Assembly: GCA_964593155.1 (NCBI GenBank)
Contig: CAZQHE010000002.1
Span: 5,231 to 69,230 of the forward strand
DNA from: an uncultured bacterium
Lineage (GTDB): Bacteria; Krumholzibacteriota; Krumholzibacteriia; JAJRXK01
Length of the DNA stretch: 64,000 nt
Direction of reading: 5' to 3'
The translations under genes were made by a program, and so were the position numbers. How positions within the stretch are numbered: the first letter of the stretch is position 1; every line of letters begins with the position of its first letter. Of the stretch, positions 19,585 through 29,531 are shown piece by piece. The notes beneath the pieces are model-generated. The model was not told where the DNA came from. It searched no databases and saw nothing but the letters and a program-made list of their open reading frames with translations.

Positions 19585-20454
19585 TCAGTCGCGGCCGGAA
19601 CGGCGCTTCGGCGGACGCCGTGTTCCGGCGCGTCCGGTCCCGCCACGGGTGGCGGTCTTCTTCCCGCCGCGTCCGCCGCGCGTCGTCTTCTTCTTCGCCG
19701 CGCCGCGCCCCGGTCGGGCCGAGACCTTCTTCGCCGGCTTCGGCTTGTACATGATGAAGAGGTAGTTGAAGCCCCGCAGGAAGAAATTGCCCTCGGCCGC
19801 CGCATCGTGCCAGTTGCGGCGCTCGAGCGACTTGTTGTGGCGCACCACGGCCACGATGTCCTCGCACAGGAACAGCTGGCTCAGCATGGCGAAGAGCTTG
19901 AAGCCGATCGGCTCGAGCGGAGATCCCTTCTTCGCACTGTCGCTCACGTACAGGGCCATGTGGCGCTCGGGCTTGAGCACGCGGTGGATCTCGAGGATCA
20001 CCTTCTCCATGGCCTCGTAGTAGGCATGGCCACGACGCGCGTCGAGCTCGCCGATGCACTCGGGGCGGCCCGAGTACTTCACGTGTGTGGAGTACGGCGG
20101 GTCGACGAACACGAAGTCGGCCTTGCCGGTCTCCAGCGGCAGGTCGCGGGCGTCGGCGCGGAAGATGTCGTCGCGGGTGGGTTCGACGTCGTAGGCCAGG
20201 GCCCGGCGGTTCAGGTCGCGCGCCACGTCGAGCGTGGTTCCACTGCCCGCCATGGGATCGACCACCAGCCACTTCTCGCGCGTGTAGCGTTGCAGCAGGT
20301 TCCAGATCACGTAGCTGGGCGTGGCTCCGGCGTAGCCGGTGTCGCCCTGTCGGCCCCGGCTCTGCCCTCCACGGTAGTTCTGCGAAGGGAAGTCCCACAG
20401 CGTGGTCGTCATCAGCGGAACGTTCGGAGCGGCGGTGCGCTTCTCGCGGGCCAA
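19585..20454 (-). CDS. SAM-dependent DNA (N6-adenine/N4-cytosine type) methyltransferase with Lys/Arg-rich C-terminal tail
   Basis: Motif I (VVDPMAGSGTT, preceded by WDFP) comes before motif IV (FVFVDPPY). This is followed by the …YYEAMEKVILEIHRVLKPERHMALYVSD block typical of the N6_N4 MTase domain. The C-terminal ~55 aa are KR-rich (KPKPAKKVSARPGRGAAKKKTTRGGRGGKK…). The start is either TTG 20454 or ATG 20412. Confidence 0.7.
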   Translation of the reverse strand: MAREKRTAAPNVPLMTTTLWDFPSQNYRGGQSRGRQGDTGYAGATPSYVIWNLLQRYTREKWLVVDPMAGSGTTLDVARDLNRRALAYDVEPTRDDIFRADARDLPLETGKADFVFVDPPYSTHVKYSGRPECIGELDARRGHAYYEAMEKVILEIHRVLKPERHMALYVSDSAKKGSPLEPIGFKLFAMLSQLFLCEDIVAVVRHNKSLERRNWHDAAAEGNFFLRGFNYLFIMYKPKPAKKVSARPGRGAAKKKTTRGGRGGKKTATRGGTGRAGTRRPPKRRSGRD

Positions 20455-20479
20455 GGCCCACCTCGTTTCGTGCGGGGAC

Positions 20480-21356
20480 TCAGGTGAGCTTGCGGCCGGA
20501 TTCGCGCCCCACGGCGAAGACCTGGGTCGCGACCGCCGCGGGCCGCCGCAGAGCGTCCAGCCAACGCGTCCAGTGGTCCCGGATCTCCATCTCGCGGGCC
20601 TGCCGGTGTTCGCGCAGACGGCGTTCGAGTTCCCGGATCAACAGCTCGCGGAAGACGGGCTCGCGTGGTGGCAGCCCACCGGCGTCGATGTAGGACTCGT
20701 AGAACACACGGCCGAGGTGGGGTCGTGGCTCCGCTTCGCAGATCGCCATCTCGACCAGGTCGGCCTCGGGGGGACCCCAGGCACAGAAGCTCCAGTCGAT
20801 GACCCCGCTGATCGCCCAGCCGTCACGGTCGTGACTCTCGACCAGCAGATTGCCCAGATGCGCGTCTCCGTGCAACAAGCAGGTCTGCGAAAGAGGTGGA
20901 TCGACGGTGACGGTCCGGATCATCGTCGGGTCGTCCTCGTCGCGCTCGATGCGGTGCAGGGCGGCCAGCGAGCGTCCCAGCTCGATGCAGATGCGGCTGA
21001 GGTCCGGACTCGTGTCGCCGCTCCGCCGCAGCGAGCTGGCCCGCGTGCCGGCGAGGATGGGCTCGAGACTCGCCTCGGGCAGACCGACCGAGGGCAGGAG
21101 CTCCACCGGATGCGGCGTGGGCACGACCTGCGAAGCGCGGAGGGCGGCCTCGGCCTCGGCCTGCAGGACCGGGCGCAGACGATCGACGAACTCGGAACGT
21201 GGCAGGCGCAGCAGGCGCATCGGGCCGTCGTCGAGCTCGACCACGAAGAGGTGGTGTTGACTCCCGGTCCCGGCGGGTTCGATCTGCCGGGGGGCGTATC
21301 CGCCGCGGACCAGGACGTCACGGGCGCGTTCGGACGCGGAGTCGGGCGTGGTCAAT
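20480..21356 (-). CDS. aminoglycoside-phosphotransferase (APH/choline-kinase) family kinase
   Basis: ORF 20480..21757 (-). The start is reassigned to TTG at 21356, which has a GAGGAG Shine-Dalgarno 7 nt upstream. The catalytic loop is LLHGDAHLGNLLVE and the DFG-like motif is ISGVIDWSFCAWGPPEADL. Confidence 0.75.
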
Positions 21357-21539
21357 CCAGCTCCTCTGTCGGGCAGTGAGTCGCCCCATGGTAGCCCCGG
21401 AATCCCTCGTCGAACAGGGACGAGCCGAACCGGGGCTCGATCCGTGACGCGGGCCGTTCCGTCCCCTAGACTCGCGGCTGTTTCCCCCGTCGTGCCCGGA
21501 GGCGTCTCCGTCGCACGTGAGGCCCCCTCGGAAGTCCGC

Positions 21540-23762
21540 ATGAATCCACGCAAAGGCCGCTGTTCTCTCGTCATCGTCCTCTTGTTGCTCCTCGTGGTGC
21601 CCTCGGCGGCGCGTGGAGCGCGCCAGGTGGTCGCCGCCCGTGTCGACACGCCGCCGGCGCTCGACGGCTGGCTGCGCGAGCCGGTGTGGGACCGGACGCC
21701 GCCGACCGCCGACTTCGTACAGCAGCGCCCCGACACCGGTGCACCGTCGACGGCCAAGACGACGGTGCGTCTGCTCTTCGACGACGACGCGCTGTACGTG
21801 GGATTCCGCTGCGACGAGCCCCACTCGGCCGGGGTGCTGGGCCGCGCGCTGGGTCGTGACAGCGACTTCGCCGACGAGGACTACTTCCGGCTGGTGCTCG
21901 ACACCTTCGACGACGATCTGAGCGCCTTCGTCTTCACCGTGAATCCGAACGGCGCGCGCAGCGACCGTCTGGTGCGCAACGAGGGCGAGTACCAGAACCT
22001 CGACTGGGACGGTATCTGGTCGGTGCGCACGCAGGTGACCGCCGACGGGTGGCAGGGCGAGATGCGCGTTCCGTGGCGGACCCTGCGCTTCCCACGGCGC
22101 GACGCGCTGTCGATGGGGGTGAACTTCGAGCGCCAGCGCCGCCGGGTGAACGAGCAGAGCCACTGGTCGGCGGTGCCGCGGGAATTCACGGTGTACCGCG
22201 TGGGTCTGGCGGGACGGCTGGAGGGCCTGCGCGCGATCGACCCCGGACGGAACGTCGTCCTGCGCCCCTACGTGCTCGGCCGCGCCAGTCGTGGGGCCTC
22301 GGACGACTGGGACACCGATTCGGAGATCGGCCTCGACGCCAAGGTCGGTCTGGGACCGTCGCTCACCCTCGATCTCACCGTGAACACGGATTTCGCGCAG
22401 GTGGAGGTCGACGACCAGATCGTCAACGTCACGCGCTTCGACGTGGAATTCCCCGAGAAACGCGAATTCTTCCTCGAGAAGGCCAACCTGTTCCGCTTCG
22501 GGTCGGCGCGGAACCAACTCTTCTACAGTCGAACCATCGGCCTGGACGCCCGGGGCCGCACTCTGCCGATCGACTACGGAGCGCGACTGACCGGCCGCGT
22601 CGACGACACCGAGATCGGTGTCCTGGCGATCGAGCAGGACGGTGCACGCGGACTGCCCACGCGCCGCTTCGGCGTGGTGCGCCTGCGGCACGACGTCGGG
22701 GCGCGTTCGAGCGTGGGGCTCATGATCACGCACCGGAACTCCGCCGACGACGGCGAGATCGGCGAGCCCGACGACACCGCGATCGGCGTCGACGGCGACC
22801 TGAACCCGACCGATCGCCTGCTCGTGTCCGGGTACACGGCTGTCGACGAGCGCCGCGGCGCCGGCCCCGACGCCTTCACCTGGGGGCTGCGCGCGCGTTG
22901 GAGCCATCCCTCGTACCGCATCACGGCACTGCACGAGGCGGTGGGCAGCGACTACGACCCGGCGACCGGCTTCGTCAACCTGCGCAGCGCGCCGGGCGTG
23001 GGCGTGAACGTGTACGCGGCCGGGGTCACGCACGCCCCCGAGCCGAATCTCTCGTGGCTGCGACGCTTCGAGAACACGCTCGAGATCTACGCGCTCGACC
23101 GCCGCCGCGGTCCCCTCGAAGCGCGCTACCTGTTCGCCGGCAGCACCCTGGTGGGGCCATCGGAGGAGCGGGTCGGATTCTACTGGGAACGCGACTTCGA
23201 CCGCCTGTTCGGATTCGGGTTCCCGCTCGGACCCAATCCCGACGACACCTTCGACCTTCGCTTTTCCGCGGGCGAGTACACCTACGACTACTTCGGATTC
23301 GAACTACAGACCGACCCCAGTCACTGGTGGACGGCGCGCGTCGACGGCGTGGCGGGGGAGTTCTTCGACGGCACGCGTACGAACGTGAACACCCGTGTCG
23401 ACGTGCGCTTCGCACCGCACGTGGTGATCGGGGCCGAGACCGTCTCCGAGCGCATCGAGCGCGACGCCGAAGACGGCGGAAAACGCCGATTCAACAGCGA
23501 TCTGCTGCGTTTCCGGCTCGGCGTGGATCTGAACACCTCCTTCGGCGTGGACGTGTTCGCGCAGTACAACAGCGAACAGCGCCTGGGTCTGTCGCAGGTG
23601 CGCGCGCACTGGATCTTCGGTGACGAGAGCGATCTGTACCTGGTGTTCAACGACGCGCGCGACGCCGACATCGTCGTCGGCAGCGATCGCTTCCGCGTGG
23701 ATCTGGGCGACCGCCGACGCAACGACTGGACCCTGAAACTGTCGTACGCGCATCAACTCTGA
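21540..23762 (+). CDS. secreted CBM9-like / DUF5916-family outer-membrane-associated protein
   Basis: ORF 21348..23762. The Met at 21540 starts a signal peptide MNPRKGRCSLVIVLLLLLVVPSAARGA. A CBM9-like N-domain is present (…DGWLREPVWDRTPPTADFVQQRPDTGAPSTAKTTVRLLFDDDALYVGFRC…). It is followed by ~550 aa with alternating beta-strand-like periodicity. The DUF5916 assignment is from memory of that family's pattern. Confidence 0.7.
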   Translation: MNPRKGRCSLVIVLLLLLVVPSAARGARQVVAARVDTPPALDGWLREPVWDRTPPTADFVQQRPDTGAPSTAKTTVRLLFDDDALYVGFRCDEPHSAGVLGRALGRDSDFADEDYFRLVLDTFDDDLSAFVFTVNPNGARSDRLVRNEGEYQNLDWDGIWSVRTQVTADGWQGEMRVPWRTLRFPRRDALSMGVNFERQRRRVNEQSHWSAVPREFTVYRVGLAGRLEGLRAIDPGRNVVLRPYVLGRASRGASDDWDTDSEIGLDAKVGLGPSLTLDLTVNTDFAQVEVDDQIVNVTRFDVEFPEKREFFLEKANLFRFGSARNQLFYSRTIGLDARGRTLPIDYGARLTGRVDDTEIGVLAIEQDGARGLPTRRFGVVRLRHDVGARSSVGLMITHRNSADDGEIGEPDDTAIGVDGDLNPTDRLLVSGYTAVDERRGAGPDAFTWGLRARWSHPSYRITALHEAVGSDYDPATGFVNLRSAPGVGVNVYAAGVTHAPEPNLSWLRRFENTLEIYALDRRRGPLEARYLFAGSTLVGPSEERVGFYWERDFDRLFGFGFPLGPNPDDTFDLRFSAGEYTYDYFGFELQTDPSHWWTARVDGVAGEFFDGTRTNVNTRVDVRFAPHVVIGAETVSERIERDAEDGGKRRFNSDLLRFRLGVDLNTSFGVDVFAQYNSEQRLGLSQVRAHWIFGDESDLYLVFNDARDADIVVGSDRFRVDLGDRRRNDWTLKLSYAHQL

Positions 23763-23975
23763 CCCACGAAAACCGTTGTCGTCGGTCGGGATCATCTCTA
23801 TTGTTGGGGGCGTCCAGGTGAATCGCGACGGCGCTCGCACCCGAGTCGCATCACCGAGAGCACAGCCACGCGATGCAGCGCAGAGGAATTCGCCGGGAGC
23901 CCAGGCTGCAAGAGGGCTGCCGACATCGCGAAGCCTCTGACGCGCGAGCAGGGAAGACGGAAGCCCTGCGTCCTG

Positions 23976-24011
23976 CCGGCGGTCGGTCACGACCGCCGGC
24001 TTCTTTCTTCC
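23976..24011 (+). terminator. GC-rich hairpin (10-bp stem CCGGCGGTCG/CGACCGCCGG, loop GTCA) followed by CTTCTTTCTTCC tract
   Basis: A perfect inverted repeat at 23976..23999 is followed by a pyrimidine/T-rich run at 24000..24011. It lies in the 333-nt intergenic gap between the DUF5916 gene and sbcD. Confidence 0.4.
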
Positions 24012-24095
24012 CCCGGCGATCCTCCTGCGTCTTGGCGATCGCGCGGGCTGGTGATAGACATCGCGGGTCGACGCACTCTCCTCCGAGGTCGGTTC

Positions 24096-25289
24096 GTGCG
24101 AGCCCTCCGCTTCCTGCAGATCAGCGACGTGCACTTCGGCGCCCCGATGCGGGGTGGACGACTTCGTCTCGACGACGAGACGGCACGGACGCGCGCCCAG
24201 GAACGTCGGGCCGCGTTCGCGCGGGCCTTCGACGTGGTGCGCGATCGCGACCTCGACGGCGTGGTGATCCCCGGTGATCTGTTCGACGACGAATCGATCG
24301 ACACCGACACGCTGCGCTTCGTGGCGCACACCCTGCAGAGCATCGCACCGCGGCCGGTGTTCGTGGCCCCTGGCAACCACGATCCCTACGGCGGAGCGTC
24401 GCCGTATCGTACTGTCGGACAGGAAGATGCACGAGGGGTGCGTTGGCCCGACAACGTCCGTGTCTTCGCGCACGCGGACTTCCGCACGCTTGCCTGGCCG
24501 GGTCGCGACGACGTCTTCGTCACCGGCAGCGGTGTGGCGACGAACACCCCGGACACCCAGCGTCGCCTGGCACGGCGGGTCCCGCGCGAGGGTGAGGGAC
24601 GACACCTCCTGCTGTTCCACGGCAGCCGCGACGACGGTCACTTCCTGCAACCGCACAAGTCCACGCACCCCTTCTCGCGCGACGAACTCCTGGCGCAGGA
24701 CTTCGACTGGGTCGCGCTCGGTCACTACCACCAGCGCGCCGTGATCCTCGACGACGACGGCCGGGCGCGGGGCGCGTACGGAGGCTGCCTGATCGCGGGC
24801 GGTCTCGACGAGCGCGCCGAACGCGGAGCACTGGTGGTGGAACTCGAGGGCACATCGACACACGTCGAAGCGCTCCCGCTCGACCCACGCCAGGTGCACT
24901 CCGTCGATCTCGACGTGACCGGGGCCGACTTCGCCGAGGACCTGGCCGCGCGTCTCGACGCGGCACTGGAGCGTGCGGGCGTGGGGGCGCAGGATCTCGT
25001 GTTGGTGCGCGCGCACGGACGGCGCGCGCGGGGTGTCGATCTGCGCGCGCTCGACGGTCGCGCCGCCGAGGTGTTCCACCTGCGGATCGATGCGTCCGGC
25101 GTGCGGGCGGCGGTGGATCCCGTCGAGTTCCCTTCGCTCGAGGACGCGACCACCACCGAGGAGCGCTTCGTCGCCACCCTGCGCGACGATCCTCCCGCCG
25201 ACGTGCCCGAGGAACGCGTGCACCGTGCACTGCTGTACGGGCTCGACGCACTCGAACACGGGCGCCTCGACGCGCGCTACGAGGAGTGA
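24096..25289 (+). CDS. sbcD: DNA repair exonuclease SbcD/Mre11-like (calcineurin-type phosphoesterase)
   Basis: ORF 24051..25289. The GTG at 24096 (GAGG Shine-Dalgarno 8 nt upstream) gives MRALRFLQISDVHFG…, matching the SbcD N-terminus. The phosphoesterase motifs GDLFD, GNHD and GHYHQ are present. Confidence 0.85.
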   Translation: MRALRFLQISDVHFGAPMRGGRLRLDDETARTRAQERRAAFARAFDVVRDRDLDGVVIPGDLFDDESIDTDTLRFVAHTLQSIAPRPVFVAPGNHDPYGGASPYRTVGQEDARGVRWPDNVRVFAHADFRTLAWPGRDDVFVTGSGVATNTPDTQRRLARRVPREGEGRHLLLFHGSRDDGHFLQPHKSTHPFSRDELLAQDFDWVALGHYHQRAVILDDDGRARGAYGGCLIAGGLDERAERGALVVELEGTSTHVEALPLDPRQVHSVDLDVTGADFAEDLAARLDAALERAGVGAQDLVLVRAHGRRARGVDLRALDGRAAEVFHLRIDASGVRAAVDPVEFPSLEDATTTEERFVATLRDDPPADVPEERVHRALLYGLDALEHGRLDARYEE

Positions 25290-25292
25290 GCC

Positions 25293-28154
25293 GTGCGCCT
25301 GCTGCAGCTCGACATCCGCGGATTCGGCCGCCTGCGGGGGCGTGTGCACCTCGACGCCGGTGACGACGCGGTCGGACTGCTGCTCGAGCGCAACGAAGCC
25401 GGCAAGTCCACCCTGGCCGCGGCCCTGCTCGCCGCGCTCTACGGACTCGACGGCGACCGGCGGCGCTTCCGCGGCACGATCACCGAGCTCGACCGTTACC
25501 GTCCGTGGTCGGAGGGGCCCTACGGTCTCGCGCTCACGCTGCGGCACGAGGGCCACGAGTACACCGTCGACCGTGACTTCGCCCACGACACCGTGCGCGT
25601 GCTGCGCGGTGCGGAGGACGTGACCGACCGGTTCCGGCGGGGACACACCGTCGCCGTGGGTGAGACCTTCTCGGGACTTCGGCGCGAGCAGTTCACCGCG
25701 AGCGTGTTCGTCGGGCAGGGCGACGTGGTGTGGAACGACCCCGAGCGCCTGACCGAAGCCCTGCAGCGGGTGGCCGATTCGCAGTCGGGACGGTCGACCG
25801 TGGCCGCCGCCGTGCAGGCCCTCGACCACGCTCTCGATCGCTTCGACGGTCTCACCCTGGCCCAGCCGGGCAAGGTCGACACCGAGATCCAGCGCTGCGA
25901 GGACACGATCGCCGCCGCATCGGCCGAACTGAACGCACTCGAAGCCGGACGCGCGGCCCTCGACCGACCACTCGACGAACTCGAGAGCCTGCGCCGGGCC
26001 TCTGCCCAGGACGAGCAGCACCGCCGCCGCCTCCGCCTGCGCCGCCTGCGCACCGAACGCGATGCCGTGCGCAGGGTGCTCGACGACGACGCGGATCTCG
26101 GCGACGAGATCTCCGCGCTGCGCGCCGAACTCGACGACGCGGGCGAGCTCGACGCGCGGATCGCCGAGCACCGGACTCGTGTCCAGCAGCTGCGCCACGA
26201 GCACGAACTCCGCGGCCGCGACCTCGAGCGCGAGCGCGACGAACTGCGCACCGTCGATGCCGAGATCGAGGCGCAGGAGGCGGCCCTGGGGAACACCGGT
26301 CTCTCGCGGGTTCCCACCGCCGACGAGTTCGATCGTCTGCACGACGCCGCGCGCCGGCTCGCCGACGCCAGCGACGAACACGAGACCTACCTGCGTCGTC
26401 TCGACGACGATCGCCGTGCACTTCGCGAACTCGGCCACGAACTCGGCGAGGTCCTGTCGCTCGCGCGTGACTTCGAGGGTCTGAGCGACGCCGACCGCGT
26501 GCTGCTGGTGGGCCGTGCCGCACGCCGGAGCGAGCGCGACGACGCGCGCCGCGAGCACCGGAGCACCGTGGACCGCGCCGGCCGCACGCTGGAGCGGGTG
26601 GCGACGGCGCGGACGCGTCGCCGCCGCGTGGGATGGGCGGTTCTCGCGGTCGCCTTCGCGCTGACGGTGGCCGCCTTCGTCGCGGGTCCGCGCCTGCCGA
26701 TCCCACCCGGCGTGACCCTCGCGATTCCCGCGACGCTGGCCGTGGCCGGGGCGGTTGTGGCGCTCACCGCACCGCGGCACCGCGCGCACGAGGCGTCGGC
26801 GGCACGCGAGACCCTCGAGGACGCGGCCGCGGCGTATCGTCGGCTCGAGGCCGACGAGCGCGACGAGGAAGAGCGGTGGGTCGAACTCGCGGCACGTCTC
26901 GCGACCGATCCCGTCGACCTCGAGGACCGCTACGCGGTGTGGTGCCGCGTGGAGCACCGCGCCCGCAGTGCGTCGGTACACCGCGCCCGCGTCGACGAGT
27001 GCCGTGCGGCACGGATCCGTGCGCTCGAAGCACTGGGCACGTTCGAGGAGCTCTTCGGCGAGTCGGTCCTGGAGGTTCGCGTGGAGTCGTGGCTCGACCG
27101 CGCTCACGCCGCCCGCACCGAGGACGACCGCCTGGAGGCAGCACGAGGGCGCGCCGCGGCCCGTCGTGCGCGTCTCGAGGAACTCGAGGCCGGCCACCGC
27201 GAGCACCAGGCCACACTGCGCGAGGAACTCCGGCCCCTGGGGATCGATGTCGACGAGCTGCCCCTCGAACGCGCGCTGGCCGCCTTCGACCGCCTGGTCA
27301 CGGGGTGGCGTGCCCGTGAGGACGTACGCGAGCACCGCATCCCCCAGCTCGAACGACGCCGTCTCGACAGCGAGGAACGCGAGGCCCACACCCGCCGCCT
27401 CGAGACGATCGAGTCGGAGATCGACGGCCTGGCCGCCGAATTCGTGAGCGACGCCGACGTCGTGGCGCCGCTCGGTGCGACCGACTACGAGGACGCCCTG
27501 CGCGAACTCGACGAGCGCTCCCGGCGTCGACGCGCCGAAGACGAAGCGCTGCGCGACGAGACCCGCAGTTTCCTGCTCGACTACGAGTCACGGGCCCCCG
27601 ATCTGCGCGAGCGGATCGACACGCACGAGCGCGCGTTGCAGCGGGCGCGCGAGTTCCGCGCCGCCGTCGTTCTGGCGCGCGACACCCTGGCGCGGCTCGG
27701 ACAGCAGACCCACCGCGTGTGGGCCGCGTCGATCCAGCGCACCGCCGCCGACTTCCTGCGGCGCATGGGGAGCGCGGTCGACGAGATCCGTTTCGACGAG
27801 AACCTCGGCCTGCGGATCCGCCAGCACGATCGGGTGTTCACTGGCCACGAAGCGACGCGTATCCTGTCGGCGGGCGCGCTCGACGCGGTGTTCCTGGCCG
27901 CGCGGTTCGCCGTGGCCCGCTTCCTGGGCGGCGACTGCGATCCGCTGCCCCTGGTGCTCGACGATCCGCTCGCGAACGCCGACGACCGCCGCCTGCTCGA
28001 CACCCTGCGGTTGCTGATCGAAGCGGTCGCGCCGCAGCAGCAGGTCCTGCTCATGGCCTGTCAGCGGTCGCGCTACGACTGGGCGGTGTCCCGCCTCGAA
28101 CGGCCGGCGTCGTTGCGTACGCTCGAACTGTCCACCGACGGCGCTCCGCGCTGA
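25293..28154 (+). CDS. sbcC: SbcC/Rad50-like AAA ATPase with long coiled-coil
   Basis: 953 aa with the N-terminal Walker A (ERNEAGKSTLAAALLAALYG). The middle ~600 aa are heptad-like and Arg/Glu/Leu/Ala-rich. The C-terminal D-loop/Walker B is LPLVLDDPLANADDRRL. The start is 4 nt after the sbcD stop. Confidence 0.85.
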   Translation: MRLLQLDIRGFGRLRGRVHLDAGDDAVGLLLERNEAGKSTLAAALLAALYGLDGDRRRFRGTITELDRYRPWSEGPYGLALTLRHEGHEYTVDRDFAHDTVRVLRGAEDVTDRFRRGHTVAVGETFSGLRREQFTASVFVGQGDVVWNDPERLTEALQRVADSQSGRSTVAAAVQALDHALDRFDGLTLAQPGKVDTEIQRCEDTIAAASAELNALEAGRAALDRPLDELESLRRASAQDEQHRRRLRLRRLRTERDAVRRVLDDDADLGDEISALRAELDDAGELDARIAEHRTRVQQLRHEHELRGRDLERERDELRTVDAEIEAQEAALGNTGLSRVPTADEFDRLHDAARRLADASDEHETYLRRLDDDRRALRELGHELGEVLSLARDFEGLSDADRVLLVGRAARRSERDDARREHRSTVDRAGRTLERVATARTRRRRVGWAVLAVAFALTVAAFVAGPRLPIPPGVTLAIPATLAVAGAVVALTAPRHRAHEASAARETLEDAAAAYRRLEADERDEEERWVELAARLATDPVDLEDRYAVWCRVEHRARSASVHRARVDECRAARIRALEALGTFEELFGESVLEVRVESWLDRAHAARTEDDRLEAARGRAAARRARLEELEAGHREHQATLREELRPLGIDVDELPLERALAAFDRLVTGWRAREDVREHRIPQLERRRLDSEEREAHTRRLETIESEIDGLAAEFVSDADVVAPLGATDYEDALRELDERSRRRRAEDEALRDETRSFLLDYESRAPDLRERIDTHERALQRAREFRAAVVLARDTLARLGQQTHRVWAASIQRTAADFLRRMGSAVDEIRFDENLGLRIRQHDRVFTGHEATRILSAGALDAVFLAARFAVARFLGGDCDPLPLVLDDPLANADDRRLLDTLRLLIEAVAPQQQVLLMACQRSRYDWAVSRLERPASLRTLELSTDGAPR

Positions 28155-28186
28155 GCCGGTGTGCCCCGCGATCCCGGAGGTCTCTC

Positions 28187-29485
28187 GTGTCCCGTCTCGT
28201 CTCCCATTCCAGCGATCGCCTGGGTCGACTGCACGCCGACGCGGAGCGGATCGTCGGTGACCCCGCCGTCACGGAGGCCGCACGCAGCATCCGTGAGCGG
28301 CGCGGTCTCGGCCACGACATGCTCGGTTGGCTCGACCTCCCCACGCAGCGCGACGATCTTCCGCGTCTGCTCGACACGGCCGCGCGTCTGCGCGAAGAGA
28401 TCGACACGCTCGTGGTCGTGGGGATCGGGGGGAGCTATCTGGGCACGCGCGCGGTGCTCGAGGCCACGGCGTGGTCACGACCCGACGATCGGGGCCCCCG
28501 GGTGTTCTTCGCCGGGCATCATCTGGAGGCCCACGAGCTCGGTGCCCTGCTGCGCGCGCTCGAGGGCCGTGAGGTGGCGGTGAACGTGATCAGCAAGAGT
28601 GGCACGACCACCGAGCCGGCCATCGCGTTCCGATTGCTGCGCAAGCAGCTCGAGGACACCTACGGCCCCGAGAAGGCCGCCCGCCGGATCGTGGCCACCA
28701 CCGACGCCGAGCGCGGGGCCCTGCGCACCCTGGCCCAGCAGAAGGACTACGCGACCTTCTCCGTTCCCGACGACGTGGGCGGGCGGTTCTCGGTGCTGTC
28801 GCCGGTCGGACTCGTTCCGCTCGCCATCGCCGGCTGCGACGTCGAGGCGCTGCTCGACGGCGCCCGCGACGAGTTCACCCGTTGCCTCGACGGCGAGCCG
28901 GCCGACGTTCCGGCGGTCCGCTACGCCGCGCTGCGCCGCGCGGCCTACCTGCAGGGCACGGCGATCGAGGTCCTGGGTTCGTTCTTCCCGTCGCTGCACC
29001 AGGTCGCCGAGTGGTGGAAGCAGCTCTTCGGCGAGAGCGAGGGCAAGCAGGGGCGCGGGCTGTTCCCGGCCGCCGTCGACTACACCACCGACCTGCACTC
29101 CATGGGACAATACCTGCAGGACGGTCGCCGCCTGCTGCTCGAGACCTTCGTCGACGTGGCCGATCCGCCGAAGGGCCCGGCGATCCCGAGCGACCGCGAC
29201 GATCTCGACGGCCTGGAGTACCTGGCGGGCCGTGGCGTGGCCGAGGTGAACCGCGAGGCCCTGCCCGCGGTGGCCGATGCGCACGCGAGCGGGGGCGTTC
29301 CGTGCCAGGTGGTGAGCCTGCCCGACCTGGGCGAAGGGAGCCTCGGCAGTCTGCTGGCCTTCTTCGAGTTCGCCGTCGCCGTGAGCGGGCGCCTGCTGGG
29401 CGTCCACCCCTTCGACCAGCCGGGCGTCGAGGCCTACAAGACCAATCTCTTCCGCCGCCTGGGAAAGCCGGGCTTCGCCGACTGA
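28187..29485 (+). CDS. pgi: glucose-6-phosphate isomerase (short bacterial type)
   Basis: Part of ORF 27719..29485. The GTG at 28187 has a GGAGG Shine-Dalgarno 7 nt upstream, just after the sbcC stop. Motifs are …VNVISKSGTTTEPAIAF…GGRFSVLSPVGLVP…GESEGKQG…. Confidence 0.9.
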   Translation: MSRLVSHSSDRLGRLHADAERIVGDPAVTEAARSIRERRGLGHDMLGWLDLPTQRDDLPRLLDTAARLREEIDTLVVVGIGGSYLGTRAVLEATAWSRPDDRGPRVFFAGHHLEAHELGALLRALEGREVAVNVISKSGTTTEPAIAFRLLRKQLEDTYGPEKAARRIVATTDAERGALRTLAQQKDYATFSVPDDVGGRFSVLSPVGLVPLAIAGCDVEALLDGARDEFTRCLDGEPADVPAVRYAALRRAAYLQGTAIEVLGSFFPSLHQVAEWWKQLFGESEGKQGRGLFPAAVDYTTDLHSMGQYLQDGRRLLLETFVDVADPPKGPAIPSDRDDLDGLEYLAGRGVAEVNREALPAVADAHASGGVPCQVVSLPDLGEGSLGSLLAFFEFAVAVSGRLLGVHPFDQPGVEAYKTNLFRRLGKPGFAD

Positions 29486-29531
29486 CGGCGTTGCGATTGG
29501 CCGGAATCCTGCCTCCGGACCGACGGATCCC

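Noticed and set aside
23304-27389. 1361-aa ORF on the - strand, the longest in the window
   Set aside because: It is exactly antisense to sbcD-sbcC, which have clear phosphoesterase and Walker A/B motifs on the + strand. Its translation is Arg/Gly/His/Asp-rich low complexity with no motifs. This is a typical high-GC antisense artefact.
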